Assembly: GCA_010093605.1 (NCBI GenBank)
Contig: MU004181.1
Location: 3,828,846-3,848,845 of the forward strand
Reading direction: 5' to 3'
Length of the DNA: 20,000 nucleotides
Source: Lophium mytilinum
Lineage: Eukaryota
This document shows, piece after piece, positions 12,311 through 20,000 of the stretch. The notes under the pieces were generated by a model that had not been told where the DNA came from, did not search any database, and saw only the letters and a program-made list of their open reading frames with translations. Each line of letters starts with the position of its first letter. Position 1 is the first letter of the stretch. Both the position numbers and the translations under genes were made by a program.

Positions 12311-12459
12311 ATAGCTAAATATAGGCGTTAATAGCTAAATATAGATATTAATAGCTAAACGCGGGCGTTAATAGCTAAACGCGGGCGTTAATAGCTAAAC
12401 GCGGGCGTTAATAGCTAAATGCAGGCATTAATAGCTAAACGCGGGCGTTAATAGCTAAA
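12311..12459. repeat. 20-bp tandem array (7 copies plus a partial) in 5' leader of element B
   Basis: Unit ATAGCTAAACGCGGGCGTTA, head-to-tail with no spacers. Variants differ by transitions only. Confidence 0.95.
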
Positions 12460-13019
12460 GAAGATAAGAATAAAAAAGAGATTAATAAGAGTAGAGAGAA
12501 TAAAAAAGAGAAAAAGTTAATAAAAGAAAGTAGATAAAGCTTTATTAATAATATAGTTTTCTTCTAGACTATAGAACTACTTTCTTAGGGCCCTATAAGC
12601 TATATAATAGTAACTTCTAAAAGCTACTATAGACTATAGTCTAGAAGTTATTAAAAATAGTAGTTTTCTAAGAGTTATCTAAGATAGTAACTTTCTAGAA
12701 CCTATTATAGACAGCAGTTTCCTAGAGGTTATTATTATTAATAGCTAAGTAGGTATTTAGAGACGCTAATACTAGTAAGTAGACTTCTATAATATAAATA
12801 TATATAACGCGGATAATAGAGAACTAGAAGATAGTTATATCTAGCCTATTAAAGCTATAGTAGATATAGACTAGTATAGAGTTATAGAGTTATAAAGCTA
12901 ATACTAGTAATACTATTAACTATAGTTTCTTAAGTTCTAGTAGTACTCTAAAGGTTATAAAGAGCTATAGATCTAGTACTTATAATATATAAAGCTAGTA
13001 AGTAAGCTCTAGTAATAGT

Positions 13020-13036
13020 AGTACTAAGCTACTATT
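13020..13036 (-). promoter_or_regulatory. Putative primer-binding site of element B
   Basis: The minus strand after the 5' LTR reads AA-TAGTAGCTTAG, compatible with RIP of TGGTAGC.. (complement of a tRNA 3' CCA end). Confidence 0.5.
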
Positions 13037-13203
13037 TATTATAAGAAGTAAGAAGTAGAGGTAAAAGGTATTTTATTAAGCTAGCTAGTAGGCGTTACCT
13101 TAAGGGGACGCCGGTATATAAAATACTAATATCTAGCTAGGTATATATATAAATATTTATTATATACTATATACTATAGCCTACTATCTATAAAACTATA
13201 ATA
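13037..13203 (-). repeat. 5' LTR of element B
   Basis: Direct repeat of 5316-5482, followed by TSD TATAC. Confidence 0.95.
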
Positions 13204-15019
13204 TATACTTAATAATTCTATTAATTACTACGCTAAGTTTAATATTATTTTCTTTCTTCTTTTTAGTCTTCTAGTTCTACTTAAAGTAGAATTACTACTT
13301 TAATATTTCTAGAAAAGTATTATAGTCTAGGGTATTTAGGTACTTTTTATTTCTTATTTTTATCTCTTCTCTAAGTACTATATATATAAATATAGCGTAC
13401 TTACCTATAGCTACTATAGCTTACTAGTTATTATAAACTATATTCTACTATTATTTATTATATTTATAGATATATAAGATATTACTAGCGCTATATACTA
13501 TTTTACTAATTAGAGTAGGTGTATTTTTATATATATACTACTAGCTTTCTTACTCTAGAATAATATTATTAGGTAAGTTAATTAAGTTAGTAATATTTAC
13601 TATACCGGCGCTATTATTACTATTAACTCCTTTCTAGCCTTTAAGTACTATAATAGTAGTATTTATCTTTCTATTAAGCTTCTATACTTCTATATAATCC
13701 CCTATTACATCTATTATATTTAATAATTCTAGCGGCGGCCTAGGCGCAGAAGTATAGGGGATAATTCTAGTCTTAAGTAATACTATTATTAAGGGTGCAA
13801 GTAATACTATTATTAAGAGTATAAGTAGTATATTAACTACTACCTAAAGCTTTATCTACTAGGCGTTTATTCTATATTAGAGCTGCCTAGATAGAGTTAG
13901 TAATAGTTATACTTCTAGCTCTATCTCTTTTACCCTTCTCTCTACTATTTTTATAGTAAATATATCTAGGTTACCTAAATTATTTAGAACTTAGCCTATC
14001 TCTTTAAATTATTTATTATAGCAGCGTTTCTCTACTTTAGCTAGAGCTACTTTATCTAATAGAAAAGGCAGCTTCTCTTTAGCGCTTCTATTAGCGGCTA
14101 GATTAACTTTATTAAAGAGGTTATAGCTTTTAATACCTTTAGCTTTAGTATTTACTTCTTTAGGGCCCTTATCTCTATTATATAGCTAGCTAATATTATT
14201 ACTACTAATATTAATGCTAGCTACTATATATAGGTTATAATTCTATACACCGCCCGCTAGATATACCTTATACTCTAGCTAGATATTATCTAGTAGAGGC
14301 GCTATAATAGTAATATTTTTAGTATAATTTAGATTTAAGTATATAACTAATTCTAGCTCTAGAAGATAGTCTATAACTATCTTAAAGGGTCTAATAATAA
14401 CCTTTATTTACGCTAGTATTAGCTTAAGTATTTTATAGGTAAGGCCCCTCTATATACTATAGGCGCTAAAAAGAATAACTTTACTATAGATAATATAAAC
14501 TCTACTATTAGCTTCTACGCTAGATAGGCCTATTAGCTCTCTTATAAGTAATACCTTATCTTTCTTAGTAAAAGTAGCTAGCTAGTTAATATAAAGCTTA
14601 TAGAGGGAAATATTACTAGTAGTAAGTAAGGCTAGAAGTTTCCTAATATACTAGTCTATAAGTAGTACTTATAATAGAGGTAAATATATTTAGTTAATTA
14701 GATAGTAGAATAGATATAGTATAAAGTTATATTTAGCTAGTAGAATAGATTTACTAGAGTAGCTTTACTAGTATTCTATAATATTATCTAAAATAGTACT
14801 ATTTCTATTACCCGGGCGCTAGAATTTTAGCTCTATAATAGTAGCGCTATAGTAGATATTATTAGAGAGTTATATTATAGAGAAAGAGTTTATTATAGTA
14901 AAGTTATAGATAGTAGGTTTAATATCTATAGTTTTAGTAATTTACTATCTTTTTAGCTTAGTAATGCTAGAACTATATTTTACTATAAATACTAAAAACA
15001 CTAAAAATACTATAATTAT
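13204..15019 (-). pseudogene. N-terminal half of extra ORF of element A (unknown product)
   Basis: One minus frame with roughly one RIP-type stop per 20 codons over 1.8 kb (e.g. KGPKEVNTKAKGIKSYNLFNKVNLAANRSAKEKLPFLLDKVALAKVEKRCY). In-frame 24-bp duplication at about 13775-13827. Start position is uncertain. Confidence 0.7.
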
Positions 15020-15020
15020 A

Positions 15021-17268
15021 TTACTAATAAGAGCGCCTACGGGCCTTAAACTTCTCTACTATTTATAGAATATTCTTCTATAGTTATTTAACTAGCTCTA
15101 CTATAATATTCTTCTTATTATTATACCCTTTCTATTTAATATTATAGATATTCTCTTTCTCTATAGTTCTACGCCTAATAATCTTCTCTATAATATATTT
15201 ATTATAGCTATCTATAATAATTAGTTATAGAGATAGAAGCTTTCTATAGAAAGAATCTAGGGTTACCTATTCTAAATAGGTAATACTAATAACCGGGTAG
15301 ATTTATCTATATTTTTTAGAAAGTTTAAGCTTATAGGCTAAGTAGCTAATATACTTTATAATCTTAAATAGGCCTACTTAAATTAGTAATAGTAAGCTAC
15401 TATCTAGAAGCCTATAGCTATAATAGACGCCTCTAATAACCTTAAAATAAATAGAATCTTTTAAGTCTAGGGGTATATAGTTCTTATTATAGTATACTAC
15501 TATTTTAGCTTAGGCTAGTTTAAAAGTATTAACTATATTAAAGTATAGTACCTTTCTATCCCTTAAAATAGAAATATTATCTATATTAGTACTATAGAAT
15601 ATTTTTAGTATAAGACTATATATAATCTTATATAGTATATATCTACTAGAGGCGTTAACTACTATATTAAGAGTATATTCTACCTATAGTAGAAGCTTCT
15701 ACTACTATATCTTATACTATTCTATAAGTAGATAGTATAAGGTTATTTCTACTATTTAGTTAGTTCTCTCTACTTATCTATCCGCGGATAGATAGTATAA
15801 TATTATTATTTAAAGGTCTATCTTATATTATCTAAATAGCTCTATCTAAAAGGCGCTTATAAATTTTAGGTTTCTATTACTAATAATTACTTCTAGTAGG
15901 CCCTAATTATAGTAGATCTAATTAAAGAAGTAATGCATCTATATCTTAGCTATATCTATCTTCTTTTCTAGTAGTAGGCGTATAGCCTTAGAGAACTTAT
16001 TAGTAGTTATTATAATTATATTATTACTATTAGTAGATAAGGGTAGTACTACTATAAAGTTAATTATAAAAGTTATAAAAGGCCTATCTAGCATCTATAC
16101 TAGCTAGAGCTATCTATAGAGCTTTTAATTTCTTAGTTTTAAAGTCTTATATACTAGGCATGCTAGTATCTATTTATTAATCTTCTAATATAGTTTAGGT
16201 ATATAAATCTTATACCTAAGATAATAGTAGGCTTAGTTAGCGCTATTATAGCCGCTTTTATTATGCGCCTTTTTAATAGCGTTATCTACTATACTACTTA
16301 GTAAGTATAAATATTACTTATTACTACTACCTTTTAGATATAAAAGGCTATTATTTAAGAAAAACCTATAATAGTAGATTTTATTACCTTATTTTACATT
16401 TATTCTAAGGTATTCTAGAATAACTTTAAAGATTTTATTCTTCTTTAGCTTTAAGTAGATTTATTTCTTATAAGCGTTCTTAATATATATAACTATAGTA
16501 GTAAGGCTAGTAGTAGTAGTATCTACTACGCCCTTAGCTATAATATTATTATAGATAGTAGGTATTTATAAAAGCCTATCTATATTTTTATAGTATTTCT
16601 CTAGCTTATAAATAATTATTATCTATAGTAGAAATATAGATAGATATAGCTTCTATTTTCTTAGGCGTACTAACTATCTATTTTTACTACCTATTTATAA
16701 GGCTAACTTTAAGGCTTTATAGTCTATATATATAGTAAAGTTATTACTATCTAGATAGTATTAGAGTTTCTATAACGCCTAGACTAGGGCGCCTACTTCT
16801 AACTCTATAGCCTAGTAATTTTACTTATACTTTTTTAGTAATTAGCTAATAAAAAGAACTAGCTATTTAATTCTATTAAATCTAATTTAATATATAGCGC
16901 ATCTATAGCTATACTCTTTAGAGCTATTAATATAGATAATAAATAGTTTAAGATAGTCTAGTAGAGCTAGTACTAGCTTACTATAAAGTATTACTTTTAC
17001 TACTTTCTAGGCGTCTAGGCACTTCTTTAAAGAATTAGTAATCTTCTATATAGTTATATAGTTCTTTTATATATAGCCTTTTTAAGAACTATTCTTAAGG
17101 CTATTTAGTTTTAGCTTTTATAAGAGTATAATAATATAGCTATATTTTTTAATATATTAGTAGTACTATCTAAAGAAGGCTAGCCTAGATTTAAGCTTAT
17201 AGAGCGTCTTTAGAAACCTTATATTCTTAATTACCTCTATCTTTTTATTTAATATACTAAGGCCTTAT
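15021..17268 (-). pseudogene. Element A pol relic: RT C-terminus, RNase H, integrase, chromodomain
   Basis: GLSILNKKIEVIKN and FLKTLYKLKSRLAFF at about 17170-17265; IIYINSSKEY (=YVDGSK) at about 16925; NY*AIELEVGALV*AL at about 16800; HHCC AHNKSGY...ACLVY at about 16150-16270; GLLEVIISNRNLKFISAF at about 15880; YYLSADR*VERTN at about 15780; chromodomain IIEKIIRRR...IK*KGYNN at about 15110-15200. Confidence 0.92.
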
Positions 17269-17535
17269 TATAGTATAAACCTAGAATTATAATAATTATA
17301 TACTAAGGTTATATATAGCCCCTTATATAACCTAAGTAAGGCGCTAGGCTATAGCCCGTGCGCTAGCCTTAAACTATAACCTCTTAAGAGCTTCTAGCTC
17401 TCTCTCTTCTTCTTAGCTTAGATTTTTATAATAGTTAATATACCTTATTACTTATATTATATTAGCCCCCTATATAATCTAAGCTTACTCTTCTATACTT
17501 AAAATCTTATTAATTTTTTCTAGAACTCTATTATA
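17269..17535 (+). repeat. Putative 5' LTR of element C
   Basis: Non-coding segment bounded by TATAGTA...TATTATA (imperfect inverted termini, RIP of TG...CA), with a CT-rich tract. The second copy is not in the window, so boundaries are approximate. Confidence 0.5.
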
Positions 17536-17570
17536 AAATCTAGGCGTTTTTACTAAAATTAATTAAATAC

Positions 17571-19909
17571 CCTTCTACCGGCCTAGCTATATAGCTACGC
17601 GCGGCACCTAAATCTAACCTAGTAGACTATAACCTAGTACTACCTCCTTTAAATAAGCTAATTAATCTAATAGCTAAACTTTAAGGTAATTTAAAGACTC
17701 TAGGCGCTATAAGTAGCGCTAATCTAAATACTTTAGAACGTACTTCTATAACTCTACTAACCGCTAGTAATAAAGAAGCCCGCTACGCTACGCGCCTTAT
17801 ACGCTTTTAAGGTGCAGCTAAAAGCTCTTCTACTCTAGCTATTATTTCTAGCTTCTACTATAGAACTAGAGGACTAATTCTAAATATCTAAAAATAGATC
17901 TAGAACTCTATAACTCTACTAGCCACCTTATAGATAATAGATAATACCTAGCGCGCTAATATATAGCGCCCTAAACGCCTAGTAAATAAGTAAGTTAATA
18001 CTACTAGACTCTCTAGCTAGAACTAGACTATTACTAATAAACTTAATCTAGACTACAACTCTAATAATAAAGGTAGCTTTATTACGCCTAGTATAAATAT
18101 TCTAGATAAGCGCGCTATATAGTTTATTACTAAGAATAATATAAATAAGATATAAGCTAGAGGTAGTAAGCTATACTCTACTTATTACCGCGTCTCTATA
18201 GTAGATTAATAAGCATCTATTCTAGTTATATACTATAAAACTAAATAGGCTATAGATACTAAATCTAAGTATATAGATATTCTAGAGAATCTATAAGAAA
18301 GTAACTTCTAGAGCTATATTTAGCTACTAATTTAGCTTTTTAACTATTATACTAATAGCTCTATAACTATTATACTAATAGCTCTATAACTATTAACCTT
18401 ATAGTTACTAATAAGACTAAGTTTACTACTATAGTAAATAAGAATAAGCTTATATAGTAGAAGTCCTTTTAAAAGCTCTATATAGAATATAAAGTTAGCT
18501 TTAAAAAAGCTAATAATAAAGATAAGTACTATAATAACCTCTAGAATAAGTACTAGAAATATAAATAGAATATAGCTAATAATACTACTATAATAGAATA
18601 AGAGTTAGAGGCCTATTATACTAAATAGCTATAGCACGCTATAAGTAGTTACTAGGTTAACCTTAAACTTAACTAAATACACCTATACTATAATTACTAG
18701 TATAGTAAGTACTAGAACCTTAAGAAGATATATAAGAAGCTTACTACTTATATTAAAAAGCTTAACTAATAGCTTTATTAATAGACTTGCCTATAGCCCT
18801 TAGACCTAGACTATAATTTAGATAATAATAATAGTACTTATTTTTCTATACCTATAGTACTACTTTACTATTATTCTATTAGCTAGCCTCTATAGTTTAA
18901 ACCTATTAAGAGTAAGTCCGCTACTCTATTTACGCCTATTTAGGACCCCGGCGCGTACGCGGTAATATATTACTACCCTAATCTAGATAAATTTAGTAGT
19001 AGTAATAAAAATAAGCTATTCTACTAATAGTAGTATATATAGGTTCTTAGTAAGCTTAATATCTATATACTATTATATACTACTATATATTATTATATAG
19101 TATATATTTATAACTAGCTTAAGAGTAAAGCGTTTAATATAATCTTCTACCGCGCTAAATCTAATAGTAATAAGCTATACCTCTCTATAGAGAAATTAAT
19201 TAATAACCTAAATAAGGTCTATAGACTCTTTAATAAAGTAGCTAATATATATACTAACCTATATAATAGTAAATTTATATAGAAGAAGAATAAGTATATT
19301 ATAACTTAGGTAGGCTACTTTAATACTAGCGTAGCCTTCCTCTATCTTAAGAACCCTAAAAAGATCTACTATATATAGTATAACCTTACTAATAGCCTTA
19401 AGTATAAGGCTACTAATAGATAGAATAGTAATATTATAACTTTTATTATATTTCTCTAGACTTTAGAATTCTAGCTTAATATTATTAAACTAAATAAGAA
19501 TATCTATAAGAATAAAAACGCCTTTAAGTTTATATATAATACCTATAAAGCTACTAGTACTAGATTAGCCTCTAATACGCCTTACTATCTACTACTTACT
19601 AACGCTAAGTATATATTTAAGAATAATACTAGTAATACTACTCTAACTACTACTACTATAAATAATTCTCTAGGCCTCTTTAGCTATAATTACTATACTA
19701 TTACTTACTTTAAGTAGCTAGGTTACTACTAGAACTATCTTAAGCGTAGATATATAGCTAATAGTAACGCCCTATATATTAGCTAATAGCTAGTTCTAAT
19801 CTATAAGATTAGTAGTCTTACTAATAAAATTAACCTTACCGGTATTAATATTAATATTAGCGCTATAAACACTAGCTCTACCTATAATAAAATAATAGAA
19901 AATACCTAG
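17571..19909 (+). pseudogene. gag relic of element C (with internal frameshifts)
   Basis: Long low-complexity N-terminus; YPNLDKFSSS at about 18975 (=HPDPDKFSG, typical of fungal Gypsy gag); LNKVYRLFN at about 19210; de-RIP C-W-N-C-x4-H-x7-C knuckle at 19727-19777; ends GAA AAT ACC TAG. Confidence 0.65.
18341..18395. repeat. 23-bp tandem duplication (about 2.4 copies)
   Basis: TAACTATTATACTAATAGCTCTA at 18341 and 18364, partial copy at 18387. Confidence 0.85.
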
Positions 19910-20000
19910 TTTTTAGTAATAGTTACTACTAAGAACCTCTAACGGCCTTTAATAATAGAAAATTAAGAGTAGTTATAGATAGAATTACTATTTTAGAATA

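Larger units (their letters stand above)
5316..13203 (-). mobile_element. Full-length Ty3/Gypsy chromovirus element B (7888 bp), RIP-degenerate
   Basis: Two 167-bp direct LTRs, 5-bp TSD TATAC (5311-5315 and 13204-13208), putative PBS, and gag-PR-RT-RH-IN-chromodomain on -. Confidence 0.96.
3652..17268 (-). mobile_element. Ty3/Gypsy chromovirus element A (3' part), inserted in Copia RT and itself interrupted by elements B and C
   Basis: 3' LTR at 3652-3837, long 3' region split by element B, and pol C-terminal half (RT end-RH-IN-chromodomain) at 15021-17268. No LTR was seen between pol and the 3' region. Confidence 0.85.
1..20000. other. RIP-mutated AT-rich transposon block (fungal heterochromatin-like)
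   Basis: TpA is pervasive, CpA/TpG are very scarce, and residual GC survives in CG/GC/GG runs. Retroelement motifs are recovered by transitions alone (TGG/CAA/CAG to TAG/TAA, GAC to AAC). The two LTR copies of element B differ only by transitions. Confidence 0.95.
17269..20000 (+). mobile_element. Gypsy-type LTR element C (5' part), inserted into RT of element A in opposite orientation
   Basis: RT of A ends abruptly at about 17268. An LTR-like segment follows, then a long + strand gag-like frame. Confidence 0.7.

Noticed and set aside
12311..12459. CRISPR-like array
   Set aside because: Units are head-to-tail without unique spacers, there are no cas genes, and the context is a eukaryotic retrotransposon leader.
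13760..13850. Transmembrane helix suggesting an env protein (VVVNILLILLIIVLLAPLIIVLL)
   Set aside because: RIP converts Pro/Thr/Ser/Ala codons to Leu/Ile/Val, as shown by the 24-bp repeat copies (GCA CCC vs ATA CTC). The hydrophobicity is probably an artefact, so env identity is not supported.
14400..14780. A further integrase (apparent GPY and SYSSKS motifs)
   Set aside because: The two look-alike motifs are in different frames and no DDE core or HHCC was found. The region fits the extra ORF instead.
1..20000. Organellar or AT-rich parasite DNA, or an alternative genetic code reading through TAA/TAG
   Set aside because: Stops fall at W/Q/R positions and coexist with missense transitions in catalytic motifs (YIDD->YIDN, DSG->NLG). 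That pattern is RIP damage, not recoding.

Overview
This window is fungal (ascomycete-type) heterochromatic DNA made entirely of nested LTR retrotransposons destroyed by Repeat-Induced Point mutation (RIP). It is very AT-rich, with TpA in excess and CpA/TpG almost absent, and has no intact genes. Reversing C->T/G->A changes resolves four elements. (1) A Ty1/Copia element on + (LTR end and PBS at 1-59, gag-pol 795-3651) is cut inside RT. (2) Chromoviral Ty3/Gypsy element A on - (3' LTR 3652-3837; RT end, RNase H, integrase and chromodomain at 15021-17268) carries a large extra reading frame of about 1000 codons between pol and its 3' LTR. (3) Complete chromoviral Gypsy element B on - (5316-13203; 167-bp LTRs, TATAC target-site duplication) is inserted into that extra ORF. 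(4) Gypsy-type element C on + (from about 17269) is inserted into RT of A and runs off the window. The most interesting item is the unexplained extra ORF of A, which stays in frame once B and one TSD copy are removed. All protein motifs are manual de-RIP reconstructions; no database search was run.
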